DNA from: an uncultured delta proteobacterium
GTDB taxonomy: Bacteria; Desulfobacterota; Binatia; UBA9968
Direction of reading: 5' to 3'
Length of the DNA: 64,000 nucleotides
NCBI GenBank assembly: GCA_963771465.1
Contig: CAVYTU010000011.1
Location: 64,001 to 128,000, forward strand
Shown: positions 1 through 10,900 of the stretch, in pieces
Layout of the letters: every line of letters begins with the position of its first letter
Numbering within the stretch: the stretch's first letter is position 1
Position numbers and translations under genes: made by a program
The notes under the pieces: model-generated
What the model saw: the letters and a program-made list of their open reading frames with translations, nothing else
The model's database searches: none
Told to the model about the DNA's origin: nothing

Positions 1-29
1 AGTGACGGTTCATTTGTAGCGGAGGAGGT

Positions 30-1286
30 TTGATTATGGCTAAATCCATGCTCAGGACGCCGATAAGCGCGGCGTTCGTTCTGTTCGTTTTATTCCTACT
101 CAATTCTAAGTTGTCGTTTGGTCAGGATTCCGAGATCGAATCGTTGCGCTCGCTGGTCAAAGGGATGGAGCAGCAGCTGCAAAAAGCGTTGCAACGGATC
201 GATCAGTTGGAAACAGAGCGCGCGTCGGCCAGCGTCCGGGTCGACCAGGTTGAAAAATCGGTGAAGGCGACGCAGAGCGCGCCATCCGCATTAAACCCAG
301 CCATCGGCTTGGCCATTGACGCCACCGGCGAGCACCGGAGCAAAGCGGGCGGAACGTTCAATTTCCGCTCGGCCGAGATTGGTATTTCGGCATCCATCGA
401 TCCGTACGCGCGCGGCTACGCATTTTTTACGGGTAGCGGCGAGGGCGTCGAGGTCGAGGAGGCGGCGATGGTGACGACATCTTTGCCGTGGAACTTACAG
501 GTGCGTGGCGGGCGGTTTTTCGCCGACTTTGGCCGCTTGGCTAAGTTCCATCCCCATGAATACGCGTTCGTGAATACACCGCTGTCCTTGGAACGTATCG
601 TCGGGGGCGAATCCAAGGCTGACGGTGCGGAAGTGAGCTATCTGTTCCCAACGCCGTTTTTCTTGCGCGGCACCATCGGCGGGTACAATAAACTCGGCGC
701 AGAAAACGAGCGCTTGGATGACACCAAGTCCCGTTCGTGGAGCCGGTTTACCTACCTTGGTCGGCTCAACAGCTATTTGGATCTGACCGACAATCAGAGC
801 ATTGAACTCGGGACGAGCCTGGCTTACACGCCTTCGATACGCGTGCCGGAAGACCCGCATGGCGGCAGCCGGGCTCTGAGCGGGATGGACTTGACCTATC
901 GTTATCAACCGCTCGGCAGCACCCTGCATCAAGGCCTGACCATCGGTGCCGAGCTGTTTGGCAATAGCGAGCGCATGGAGCGCGAATCGGGTTTCCGCCG
1001 CATGTTCGCGCTCGGCGGCTACGCCTATGCCGAAGCCAAGCTCAACCGCGAGTGGGCCGCCGGGCTGTTGTACGACAACGCGCCGAGCCTGGCGAGCCCA
1101 GGCAAGAAGACCCACAGCTACTCACCCTTCTTAACCTGGACGCTGAGCGAGTTTAACCGGCTGCGCCTTCAATACAGTTATCTGGACGACAAAGTGCGTG
1201 ATGACAAGGCGGAACGCGGTCATCAATTTTTTCTGCAATGGACGACTGTGTTGGGTAGCCACACGCATGGATTTCGTACCCGCTAA
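30..1286 (+). CDS. Outer-membrane beta-barrel/porin associated with Zn/Mn ABC uptake operons
   Basis: Signal peptide, N-terminal coiled coil, amphipathic beta-strands, His-rich C-terminus (GSHTHGF); first gene of a metal ABC operon. Confidence 0.7.
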   Translation: MIMAKSMLRTPISAAFVLFVLFLLNSKLSFGQDSEIESLRSLVKGMEQQLQKALQRIDQLETERASASVRVDQVEKSVKATQSAPSALNPAIGLAIDATGEHRSKAGGTFNFRSAEIGISASIDPYARGYAFFTGSGEGVEVEEAAMVTTSLPWNLQVRGGRFFADFGRLAKFHPHEYAFVNTPLSLERIVGGESKADGAEVSYLFPTPFFLRGTIGGYNKLGAENERLDDTKSRSWSRFTYLGRLNSYLDLTDNQSIELGTSLAYTPSIRVPEDPHGGSRALSGMDLTYRYQPLGSTLHQGLTIGAELFGNSERMERESGFRRMFALGGYAYAEAKLNREWAAGLLYDNAPSLASPGKKTHSYSPFLTWTLSEFNRLRLQYSYLDDKVRDDKAERGHQFFLQWTTVLGSHTHGFRTR

Positions 1287-1317
1287 CGCTTTCTCGATCT
1301 AATAAGGAGCAACAGCG

Positions 1318-2244
1318 ATGCAAAACTTTCGAAGAAATTTTCTCGGGTGTCTGTTCTTGCTGATCGGCTCGGTTGGTTGGTTCGGCTTGGCCGAGGCGCA
1401 ATCGATCCGGGTGATCGCGACGACTCCCGACCTGGCAGATATAACCAAGCAAATCGGCAAGGAATTGGTCGACGTCGAGAGTCTGACCAAAGGCGTTGAG
1501 TTTATGCACGCGGTGCCGGTCAGGCCGAGCTTCGTGCCCAAACTCAACCGCGCCAATTTATTAGTGGAGATGGGGCTCGATTTGGAGGCGTCTTGGTTGC
1601 CGGCGTTAATGGAGGTCGCCAACAACGCCAAAATAATGGTCGGGCAGCCCGGCAATATCGATTGCTCCAACGGTATCGCAGTCCTCGATGTGCCACGGAC
1701 TGTCGATCGATCCGAGGGCGACGTTCATCCCAAGGGCAACCCGCACTATAATTTGGACCCGCTTAACGGCAGAATCATCGCGCGCAATATCGCCGACGGT
1801 TTGGCGCGCAATTATCCGCAGCACAAAGCCGTGTTCGAAAAAAATCTTGCGGCTTACGTCGCTGACTTGGACAAGGCGATTAACCGGTGGCAAGGCTTGG
1901 CAGCGCCGCTGAAGGGCACAAAGTTTGTCGCCTACCACAGCGATTGGGCGTACTTTGCCAATCGCTACAGCCTGCAGCAGATCGGCAGCATCGAGCTAAA
2001 GCCCGGAATCGAGCCGACACCGAACCACGTGGTGGGTCTTGTCCAAAAAATGCAGCAAGAAAAAGTGCAACTGATCATCTACGGACCGCAGAGCGACCGC
2101 TATCCGCGCCAGCTCGCGGCTCAGACCGGCGCGACCGTGGTGCGCTTACAAAGCACCGGCGGCGCCACGGCGGAAACCGATACTTATATCAAGTTCGTCG
2201 ACTACAACCTAAGGAGTTTGCTTGCCGCGCTAAAGAGGAGTTAA
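1318..2244 (+). CDS. Metal (Zn/Mn) ABC transporter substrate-binding protein, ZnuA/TroA family
   Basis: VIATTPDLADI N-terminus, GDVHPKGNPHYNLDP and AYHSDWAYF motifs. Confidence 0.92.
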   Translation: MQNFRRNFLGCLFLLIGSVGWFGLAEAQSIRVIATTPDLADITKQIGKELVDVESLTKGVEFMHAVPVRPSFVPKLNRANLLVEMGLDLEASWLPALMEVANNAKIMVGQPGNIDCSNGIAVLDVPRTVDRSEGDVHPKGNPHYNLDPLNGRIIARNIADGLARNYPQHKAVFEKNLAAYVADLDKAINRWQGLAAPLKGTKFVAYHSDWAYFANRYSLQQIGSIELKPGIEPTPNHVVGLVQKMQQEKVQLIIYGPQSDRYPRQLAAQTGATVVRLQSTGGATAETDTYIKFVDYNLRSLLAALKRS

Positions 2245-2293
2245 TGAATATATTGAATTCAACCCGGTGTAGAAACTCTAGACGGGAGCTCGC

Positions 2294-2974
2294 GTGAGTG
2301 ACGCTCTCACCTTAGTTTCTTTGCGCGCCGCGAGCCTCGGCTACGGCGGCGCGCCGGTTTTGCAGTCCGTTGACTTGGATATCTCTGCCCGTGATTTCAT
2401 CGCCATGGCCGGGCCCAACGGCTCAGGCAAGACAACAATCTTTCGGACGATCCTGGGATTCTTGCCAGTGATTGACGGCGCGCTGGCGCGCAATTGCTCA
2501 CTTAACGAGTTCGGTTACGTGCCGCAGAGTTCCGCGCTGGACTCGACCTTTCCGATCACCGCGCGCGAAGTGGTGGCGATGGGCGGCTATGGCCGGCTGA
2601 GGCCATATCGGGGTTTACCGGTTCGAGAGAAGCAACGTCTCGAAAACGTGCTGCAACAGGTGGGGCTCTCTCATCTCGCGGGCCGCGCGTTTTTCTCGCT
2701 CTCGGGTGGCCAGCGTCAGCGCATGTTGATCGCCCGAGCGCTCATGGTCGGCCCAAAGATACTCATCCTCGATGAACCGTTATCCGGCGTCGATCCGGAA
2801 TCGCAGAAAGCGATTAGTGAACTCTTGCTCAAGCTCAACCGTGAGGAAGGGAAAGCGATCTTTTTTTCTAGCCATGATCTGCGTATGGTCCGCAGTGTCA
2901 GCGATAAAGTCTTGCGCGTCGATGGCGGCAGAGTGAGTTGGGAAGGAGAGTCGACAGCACAGCATCCATGGTGA
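2294..2974 (+). CDS. Metal ABC transporter ATP-binding protein (ZnuC-like)
   Basis: Walker A GPNGSGKT, signature LSGGQRQR, Walker B ILILDEP, SHD H-loop. Confidence 0.93.
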   Translation: MSDALTLVSLRAASLGYGGAPVLQSVDLDISARDFIAMAGPNGSGKTTIFRTILGFLPVIDGALARNCSLNEFGYVPQSSALDSTFPITAREVVAMGGYGRLRPYRGLPVREKQRLENVLQQVGLSHLAGRAFFSLSGGQRQRMLIARALMVGPKILILDEPLSGVDPESQKAISELLLKLNREEGKAIFFSSHDLRMVRSVSDKVLRVDGGRVSWEGESTAQHPW

Positions 2975-4410
2975 CTTTTCTGGAAATTCTTAGCCCGTCG
3001 TTTTTGCTTTTTCCGGCACTATTGGGCAGCGTGATTCTCGCCTTCGTCTGTCCCTTGGTCGGCGCGCACTTGATGCTGCGCCGTCGGGTTTTCCTCGGAC
3101 TCACACTGCCGCAGATCGCGGCCTGCGGCGTGGCGTTTACATTTTGGGTTTATCACGCCGCCGGTTTCGATCATGGCAGTGGCGGCGAGCGCCTTTTGGC
3201 GATGGCCGGCTCGCTGCTGTTCACGCTGGTCGGTATGGGACTGCTCGCTTATCTCGATCGCCATGCGACTGGATCGCCGGAAGGCCGGCTCGCGGCGGCG
3301 TACGCGTTGGCGTCGGCGTTGACGATCTTGTTTATCGTTTTCAATCCCGCCGGCGAGCTGGAGATCCTCAATTTGCTCAAAGGCGAAGTGATTTCACTAT
3401 CCATGGAAGAGCTGAAGCTGCTCGCGATCGTTTACGGCGTGGTTTATTTCGGCTTGGTGTTGTTTCGCCGTGAGTTTTTACTGAACTCGTTTGATCGCGA
3501 TCTGTCGTTTTTGCTCACCGGCGGCAGCGCGCAGTGGAGCTTTTGGCTCTACGTGCTGTGCGGATTTAGCATCGCCATCGGCGTCATTATGGCCGGCCCG
3601 CTGTTAGTCTTCGGCTTCATGGTGCTGCCGCCGCTTGCGGCGCGCACCTTGGCGCGCGGCATGAGCTCGTTTCTTTCGCTGTCCTCCTTGATTGGGCTAG
3701 TCATCGCGGTTCTCGGTTTTTATCTATCCGTGCGACTCGATCTGCCGCTTGGGCCCACCGACGTCGCATTCGGCTGCGTGTTGATCTTCGTCGTCTACGC
3801 CGTGCAACTAATCGTGCGCAAGAGTCGCGGGTCCATTGGAGTTTTGGTGGTGCTTGTGTTTCTCGGTTTCGGCTGCAGCACGCAAAAACTCGCGCCACTC
3901 GACGTGCAGGCGTTGAGTCAAAATACGGTATGGCTGGCGCCGGTGCGCAATAGTACTGGCGCTGATTTGCGTCTGCCGGGCACCAATCCGCTTCGTTCCC
4001 TTGGCGAAATCGCCGGAAAAATTTCTCAGGATTACCGGCCGACAGTGATGGATCTGCTGCGCGGTTCGGTGAAACGAGAGTTAGAGCAAAGAAAGATTGT
4101 CGTGTCGTTTCCTGAGGAGCGCGATGCGCGCCTTCAGTCATTGCCATTCGAAGCGGGCAGTGCGGCGACCAACGCGCGCGCCGCGAATCTTTCCGGTTGG
4201 TTGCTGCTTGCCGACATTCGCCGGTGGCACACCGATGGCCGCTCGCCGCTGCGGACTTGGGTCGATGTGCGCTTGGTGCGGATTGACGACGGCGCTGTCA
4301 GCTGGGATAAACAAATTCAGAAAACCACACCGTTGGTCGGCGCGGGACGTTTGGATGAAGTGTCAGCGGACGCGGTGAAAGAGATATTGCGTAACGTTTT
4401 TGGCTCGTGA
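2968..4410 (+). CDS. Metal ABC transporter permease (ZnuB/ABC-3) with fused C-terminal lipoprotein-like domain
   Basis: ATG at 2968 overlaps the ATPase stop; about 8 TM segments with FDRD..G and GLLVF..MVLPPLAAR ABC-3 motifs; then FLGFGC and a ~175-aa soluble domain. Confidence 0.85.
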   Translation: MVTFLEILSPSFLLFPALLGSVILAFVCPLVGAHLMLRRRVFLGLTLPQIAACGVAFTFWVYHAAGFDHGSGGERLLAMAGSLLFTLVGMGLLAYLDRHATGSPEGRLAAAYALASALTILFIVFNPAGELEILNLLKGEVISLSMEELKLLAIVYGVVYFGLVLFRREFLLNSFDRDLSFLLTGGSAQWSFWLYVLCGFSIAIGVIMAGPLLVFGFMVLPPLAARTLARGMSSFLSLSSLIGLVIAVLGFYLSVRLDLPLGPTDVAFGCVLIFVVYAVQLIVRKSRGSIGVLVVLVFLGFGCSTQKLAPLDVQALSQNTVWLAPVRNSTGADLRLPGTNPLRSLGEIAGKISQDYRPTVMDLLRGSVKRELEQRKIVVSFPEERDARLQSLPFEAGSAATNARAANLSGWLLLADIRRWHTDGRSPLRTWVDVRLVRIDDGAVSWDKQIQKTTPLVGAGRLDEVSADAVKEILRNVFGS

Positions 4411-4501
4411 GTTTTCACTCCGGTTCTGCCACTGTCGGCGGACTGATGTGGGGTTTACTGGCCAAGTCACTTTGATATAGTTCCGGCCAAGGTTAGGCGC
4501 G

Positions 4502-5674
4502 ATGAGTTCCATTCTAATCAAAAATATTGGCACGTTCGTCACCGGCAAATTGGAAAACCCGCTCAGGCAGGCGGATTCGATCTTCATCAGGGATGGAATC
4601 GTCCAGGCGATCGGCACCGGCTTGCTTCAAGCGGCCGATCAGACCATCGACGCCAACGGCATCACCGCGATGCCCGGATTGATCGATTCCCACTCGCATC
4701 CGTCCATCGGCGAATACACGCCGGCGCAAAATTCGCTCTCGTGGATCACCAACTACATGCACGGCGGCGTCACTGCGCTGATTTCCGCGGGCGAGTTGCA
4801 TTTACCGGGTTTGCCGTTGCCGCCTGACGCCCGCACGGCGCTATCCGTCGCCATCGTGACCAAGAAGTGTTACGACAACTTGCGCCCATCGGGCGTGAAA
4901 GTGCACGCCGGTACATTGCTATTGGTTCCAGGACTAACGGAAAAAGATTTTGACGAGATTCAAGCGCTCGGCATCAAGCTGGTCAAGTTTATCTTTTACG
5001 ACTATAGCTTGCTGCCCAACGGCGAAGCGAATCGTTACGTCGAGTGGGCGCACGCGCGTGGCATAAAAGTAAAGATTCATTCCGGCGGGGTGTCGCGCTC
5101 GGGTGTGAGCCAAGTGGCCGGCTTCGACATGGTGCAAAAAATCCGTCCCGACATCATCGGCCATATCACCGGCGGGCCGATCCCGATGCCGGAGGAGGAC
5201 ATGATCCGCATTGCCAACGAGACGGAATGCTTCATGGAGATCTGCACGTCGGGGAATTATCGCTTGGCATTGAGTCTTGCGCGTGTCGTCAAGGCGAAAG
5301 GTTTGCATCACCGCGTGCTGCTCGGCACCGACACGCCAGGCGGAACCGGCATCGTGCCGCGCGGTATTTTGCGTGAGATAGCTTTTCTATCCGCGGTGGG
5401 CGAGATCGAGCCGGAGAAATCCATTTGCATGGCCACCGGCAACGTCGGTCGCGCCCATGAATTGAATATCGGCATTCTCGAAGAAGGCCGTCCTGCCGAT
5501 ATCGTCTTGCTCCACAAAATCACCGGCTCGGTTGCCAAAGATGCCTTGGACTCGTTCGCCAAGGGCGATTTGCCGGGTATTTCCTATGTGATCATCGACG
5601 GCGTGGTGCAGGTCGCGGGGCGCAGCCAGCAAACGCCGCCGCCCGAACGCGTCGCCAGCGAGTCTTGTTGTTAA
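4502..5674 (+). CDS. Metal-dependent amidohydrolase, enamidase-like
   Basis: PGLIDSHSH (HxH), ISAGELHLPG, HSGGVS, GHITGGP, GTDTPGGTG motifs. Confidence 0.85.
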   Translation: MSSILIKNIGTFVTGKLENPLRQADSIFIRDGIVQAIGTGLLQAADQTIDANGITAMPGLIDSHSHPSIGEYTPAQNSLSWITNYMHGGVTALISAGELHLPGLPLPPDARTALSVAIVTKKCYDNLRPSGVKVHAGTLLLVPGLTEKDFDEIQALGIKLVKFIFYDYSLLPNGEANRYVEWAHARGIKVKIHSGGVSRSGVSQVAGFDMVQKIRPDIIGHITGGPIPMPEEDMIRIANETECFMEICTSGNYRLALSLARVVKAKGLHHRVLLGTDTPGGTGIVPRGILREIAFLSAVGEIEPEKSICMATGNVGRAHELNIGILEEGRPADIVLLHKITGSVAKDALDSFAKGDLPGISYVIIDGVVQVAGRSQQTPPPERVASESCC

Positions 5675-5686
5675 AGGAGTCATTAC

Positions 5687-6679
5687 GTGAGCGCATTTGA
5701 ATTCGGCGTCGGCCTTTTCCCCACCGAGCCGCTACAAAAGATGATTCACCTCGCCAAAGTCAGCGAAGCAGTGGGCTTCAGTCACGTCTGGGTTGGCGAT
5801 TCGCATCTAATTTGGCGCGAAGCGTACATCAACATGGCGGCGATGGCGCTCAACACGACAAAAGTAAAGTTGGGCACGGGTGTGACCAATCCGTTAACGC
5901 GCCATCCGTCCGTGGTCGCCAGCGGCTACGCGACCTTGGAAGAATATGCACCGGGCCGGATGATCGTCGGCATCGGCTTGGGCGATAGCTCGGTGGAAAC
6001 CATGGGCATGAAGCCGTCGACGCTCGCCGCCTTCGAAGCGTCGCTTCAGCAAATGCGCGAATTATTCGCCGGCAAGGAAGCCGAGTTGCCGACCGGCCGG
6101 ATTCATTTGCTTCACCCGTGCAAAGGCAAGGTGCCGATTTACATCGCCGCCAGCGGACCGAAGATGTTGGAACTCTCCGGGCGTATCGCCGACGGCATCA
6201 TAATTCTCGTGGGCGTGGCGGATGAGTATATTGCCCACGCTAAAGAAAAGATTGCCGTTGGCGCACAGGCCGCGGGACGAAAGTTGAACGATATCAACTT
6301 GGTGCTCTGGGTGCCCTGCGCGGTTTCCGATTCCGCTCCGGCAAAGGATGCGGTCAAGGCGCATGTGGCGCGCGTGGTTGCGCATCCATTGCCCTACGTG
6401 CTCGATCCCAAAGAGCAGGAGGTTTTACAAGAGATTCGCAAGACCTACGACTACTACCATCATATGGATCAGCAGGCGAATCATGCTGAGGTGATTCCCG
6501 ACTGGCTGGTCGACAAGTTCGCCATCGCCGGCACCGTCGCCGAGTGCCGCGCGCAAATCGAACGGATCAAGAAGACCGGCATCCAACAGATCGCGATCAT
6601 CCCCTACAGCCCGCCGGGCGGTAGCCGCGAAGAAACCATTCGCGCTTTTGCCAAGGCGATGCCTTCACCCCGCCCCTAG
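5687..6679 (+). CDS. LLM-class flavin/F420-dependent oxidoreductase (Mer-like)
   Basis: WVGDSH, LGTGVTNPLTRHPSV, PIYIAASGPKMLELSGRIADG motifs. Confidence 0.9.
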   Translation: MSAFEFGVGLFPTEPLQKMIHLAKVSEAVGFSHVWVGDSHLIWREAYINMAAMALNTTKVKLGTGVTNPLTRHPSVVASGYATLEEYAPGRMIVGIGLGDSSVETMGMKPSTLAAFEASLQQMRELFAGKEAELPTGRIHLLHPCKGKVPIYIAASGPKMLELSGRIADGIIILVGVADEYIAHAKEKIAVGAQAAGRKLNDINLVLWVPCAVSDSAPAKDAVKAHVARVVAHPLPYVLDPKEQEVLQEIRKTYDYYHHMDQQANHAEVIPDWLVDKFAIAGTVAECRAQIERIKKTGIQQIAIIPYSPPGGSREETIRAFAKAMPSPRP

Positions 6680-7041
6680 CGAATTTGTCCAATCATATGA
6701 GCGGCACGGCCGGACCCCAATAGTGCGGTTGCAAAGTTAAGCTGCATGGTTGGTCAGTGGTTGCGATGGTTCCGAGGGACTGCTCGCTGGGCAACGATGT
6801 CGGTTGCTAGCTCATAGGCAGAGACGCATTGTCTCTACCACGTGAGGCACACGCCTTTGCTGAGTCAATTTCAACTGTGGAATTCGGTCTTGGCGCTCGC
6901 GCTCTGCCCATCCGCCCCTGAATGAAATGAAGGTGCCTGCACCGCCGGGTGCGTTCAGACAATTTTGTTGCCAGATCGACAGTTTTGCACAAAAAAAGCT
7001 GCTTTGAGGCAGGTAACCCCCTTCCTCTCCTGGGGAAGGTT

Positions 7042-7056
7042 TGGCACTGGTATTGC
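7042..7056 (+). promoter_or_regulatory. Putative sigma-54 (-24/-12) promoter for the response regulator/hybrid kinase operon
   Basis: TGGCAC-TGGTA-TTGC with exact GG-N10-GC spacing about 180 bp upstream of the ATG at 7235; GACAATTTTG/GACAGTTTTG direct repeat at 6958 and 6978 may be an activator site. Confidence 0.6.
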
Positions 7057-7234
7057 CTCTTAACCATTTGCTACCACCGTCGGGCACGTTGAAAATCCGT
7101 TGGGGATTTAAAGTGTAAACAAGTCTGTCGACTACGGCGAGTCTGCGGCAGGTAAAACAACCAAGTAAGTTTCGGTTAAAGAAGAACGCGCCCGAGTCGT
7201 ACGGTATCCGATAGACGCCAAGGAGAGACTAAAT

Positions 7235-7930
7235 ATGAAAATATTGATCGTGGAGGACAATCCCATTAGTGCGACAGTGCTGGAACACACTCTCGATAAA
7301 CACGGCTACGAAACGCTTACTGCGCACGACGGCGAAGAGGCATTAGCCCATCTCGAGTCACACCCGGAGATTGAACTAATCATCACCGATTTGATGATGC
7401 CCAACACCGACGGCATCGAGTTGGTGCGCCGCATGAAAGCGCGTAAAGAATGGAATGCCATCCCGGTCTTGGTTTGCACCTCGATGCCGCCTGAGAACGC
7501 CAATCAACGGCTCAATGGTCATGGCTGGAAATACATACTCAAGCCGATCAATGCCGAGAGTCTTATCCAAAAAGTGAATGAAACGATCGCCCAACAAACC
7601 ATGGTGTTGCAGGACCCGGCAATCACTATGACCCAGATCGGTATTGATCCCGGGGCATTTGCTGAAGTCGTGGAAAAATTTGCCGAGACCGTTAATGAAA
7701 AAATAATCCGTCTCGAACAGCAAGCTGACAATGTATCGGCCAATGCGGTGGATTTGAGAGATCTCTTGGAAGGCGCCAAGCTGGTGCGAGCTGAACGGCT
7801 TACCAAAGTCCTCACTAGCCTGGAAAATAGTTGGGATGAGCAAGATCAAGAATTGGTTCGTTCGACCACGCCTTTGTTATTGAGGGAACTCAAAGTAATG
7901 CAGTATCATCTCAACCTCTATTCCTCCTAA
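7235..7930 (+). CDS. Response regulator: REC domain plus degenerate HPt-like helical domain
   Basis: ILIVEDN, ITDLMMP (phospho-Asp), KP motif; C-terminal helical bundle without the HPt His; RBS AAGGAG. Confidence 0.85.
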   Translation: MKILIVEDNPISATVLEHTLDKHGYETLTAHDGEEALAHLESHPEIELIITDLMMPNTDGIELVRRMKARKEWNAIPVLVCTSMPPENANQRLNGHGWKYILKPINAESLIQKVNETIAQQTMVLQDPAITMTQIGIDPGAFAEVVEKFAETVNEKIIRLEQQADNVSANAVDLRDLLEGAKLVRAERLTKVLTSLENSWDEQDQELVRSTTPLLLRELKVMQYHLNLYSS

Positions 7931-7957
7931 TTATCGCGTAGAATTCGAGACCCGCCA

Positions 7958-10900
7958 ATGACCGTGATCGGTAAGATCACCATCTCATTTGTTATTTTTG
8001 CGTCCGTCAGCTTGTTGTCGATGATCATGAGCTTTGATGGTCTGAACGACATCAAGCGCGCCATTTTCCGAGTCAGCGTCGTGGAAGAACCGATCAGCGC
8101 CGCGGTCTACGAGATGCAAATCAAGATCAGCGGCAGCAGCGTAGCCGTACTCAAATATCTTGAAACGGGGGAGTCCGAATACCGCCAGCAGGTTGCCAAC
8201 GATAAAAGCGACTTTGAAATCCTTAACCGCAAGTATGAAAGGTTGGCAACCAAAGAAAAGCAAAAAAAATCGGGTGAAGATATTGGCGAGCTGTACGGGG
8301 AATATCATCGTATCGGTCAGTCCTTGATGAACCAGAAGGAAGAGCAGGAAAATCTCGCCAGCAAAATCATCAAAAGCATCGAAGCGCTCGATGAGATGCT
8401 CGATGACCGAGTGCAATATGGCCAAAGTCCGGTTGGCAGCGACGGAGTCAAGAAAACCGTGATCGCCGGTGAATTGGGCGGCACCAACGCCGCGGTGGGA
8501 ACTTGGCTTGGCCATTTTCTGCGAACCTCGAAAAAAGAATACAAAGATCGAATATTTGACAGCGCCAAGGAGTTTCGCAGGCATCTCGAGGCGCTGAAAA
8601 TGTTTAAATTGGAATCGAGAGAACAATTCTGGGTGAGGGACCTTGAGGTGCGCTTTAATCGGACCATGTCCATGGTCCAGGCGGTTTTGGCGATTCATGA
8701 CTCGCTGCAACGAGGGCAAGATCAGTTTCTCAACGCGCGCGCCAAAATGGAAGTGCTGGTCAATGATGACTTACAACCCTCGGCGGCGCAAAATCTAGAT
8801 CAATCCAAGAAACAAGCCGACGCGGCATCGAACTACATTATTTGGATCTACAGTCTGCTAATTCCGTCGTTTATTATTATTTCGATTGGCGCGGCGCTGC
8901 TTATCATCCGGAGTATTCGCAGACCGCTCGATCAGCTAATGAAAGGCACCGATGCCGTAAGCAATGGCGATCTGACTTATCGCTTGTCGATTGGCGGGCG
9001 CAATGAGTTCGCGGAACTGGCAGAGAATTTCAATCAAATGGTGACTCGATTGCAAGCGACTACCGTTTCCAAGCAAGTTCTGGAGTTGAGTGACGCGCGC
9101 TTGCGCGAGGTAAATGGCGAACTGGTTCGGGAGGCTACCGAGCGCAAACGGGCGCTGGCACAGTTTCAACTTCTGGTGGAGTCGGCGCCCAACGGCCTTT
9201 TGATGGTCAACAGCACGGGTACGATCGTCTTGGCTAATACCCAGATCGAGAAAATCTTCGGTTATAGCAAGCGGGAACTGCTAGGTCAGCCGATCGAAGT
9301 GTTGCTGCCGGGCAGCTTCCGCGGCCCGCATCCGTTTCGTCGGGAACAATCCTTCACCGGACCTGAGAGCCGGACGGTGGGTGCCGGGCGGGAACTTCGC
9401 GCCACGCGCAAGGACGGCAGCGAGTTCCCTGTTGAAGTCGGCTTGAACCCAATCGAGACATCCAACGGATCTCACGTGCTCGCGAGCGTCATCGATGTCA
9501 GTGAGCGCAAAGCGGCGGAGAATCGCCAACACCAAACCGAAGAGCGTTTTCGTGCGACCATCGAAAACGTTCAGGACCACGCGATCTTTATGCTCGATCC
9601 CGCCGGCCAGGTGCTGACATGGAATAAGGGAGCTGAACGGATGCGGGGATATCGCGCCGATGAAATTATTGGTGAACCCCATTCGACTTTCTTCTCGGCG
9701 GAAGACCAGAAAAGCGGCAAACCCGATCAGCTATTGAATACAGCGATTACAGTCGGTCAATGCGAAGACGAAGGTTGGCGTTTGCGCAAGGATGGATCGA
9801 AATACTGGGCCAGCACCGTGTTGACCCCGGTGTACGATCGGGTCGGGCAGTTAACTGGCTTTGCGACGGTGACCCGTGACCTCACGCGGCACATACAAAT
9901 AGAAGACGAATTGAAACAGGCCAAAGATGCGGCTGAAGCGGCGAACGAAGCGAAGTCCGAGTTCTTGGCCAATATCAGTCACGAGATTCGCACGCCGATG
10001 GCGGGCGTGATCGGCATGTCGGGACTATTGTGTGAAATGGACCTCACCGCTAAGCAGCGGGAATACTGCGAGATTATCAGACGGTCCGGCGAATCGTTAC
10101 TGACCATCATCAACGAGGTCTTGGATTTTTCCAAGATCGAGTCGGGTAAGCTGGAGATGGAGATTATCGATTTCGATCTGCGTAGCGCGGTGCAAGAGGT
10201 GGTCGAATTATTCGTGCGCCAGGCGGACGACAAGGGAATTGAGCTGATTAATTTTATCCGCCCCGACGTGCCGACGAATGTGCGCGGCGATCCCGGACGA
10301 CTCCGGCAGATTCTCTCCAACCTGCTCGGCAATGCGCTTAAATTTACGACCACGGGAGAAGTGGTTGTTGGAGTCGATGTTGTCGAGCAGAACAACAATT
10401 CGCTTACCTTGCGATTCGAAGTGAACGATACCGGGATCGGTATCGCCAAAGACAAAATTGATAAGCTGTTCAACGCATTCACTCAAGCAGACTCGTCGAT
10501 CACACGAAAGTACGGCGGGACCGGCCTTGGATTGGCGATTTGTAAAAAGTTCGTCGAACTGATGAATGGCGAGATCGGTGTCAGCAGCGAAGCTGGTCGT
10601 GGCAGTAGTTTCTGGTTCACCTTGCGTTTAGAGAAAAGCCCTTTGAGTGAGCCGCGACCGAATCATGCGGATTTAAGCGGGCTGCGCATGCTGATCGTCG
10701 ATGATAGCTCAACCAACCGCGCGTTGCTGGAAAGCTACCTAGGTTCTTTGGGAATTCACAGCCAGAGCACAGGCGACGTTTCTTTAGCGATAGATAGTTT
10801 GCGAGCAGCTGCGAAAAGCGCCAAACTGCCGCACCTGATTTTATTGGATTCAACGTTGCCAGGGATGAATGGTATCGAATTGGCGCGGCAGATCAGGCGA

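Noticed and set aside
6680-7234. Riboswitch or ncRNA in the 550-bp intergenic gap
   Set aside because: No c-di-GMP, cobalamin, TPP or SAM consensus could be recognised by eye; the short ORFs there look non-coding
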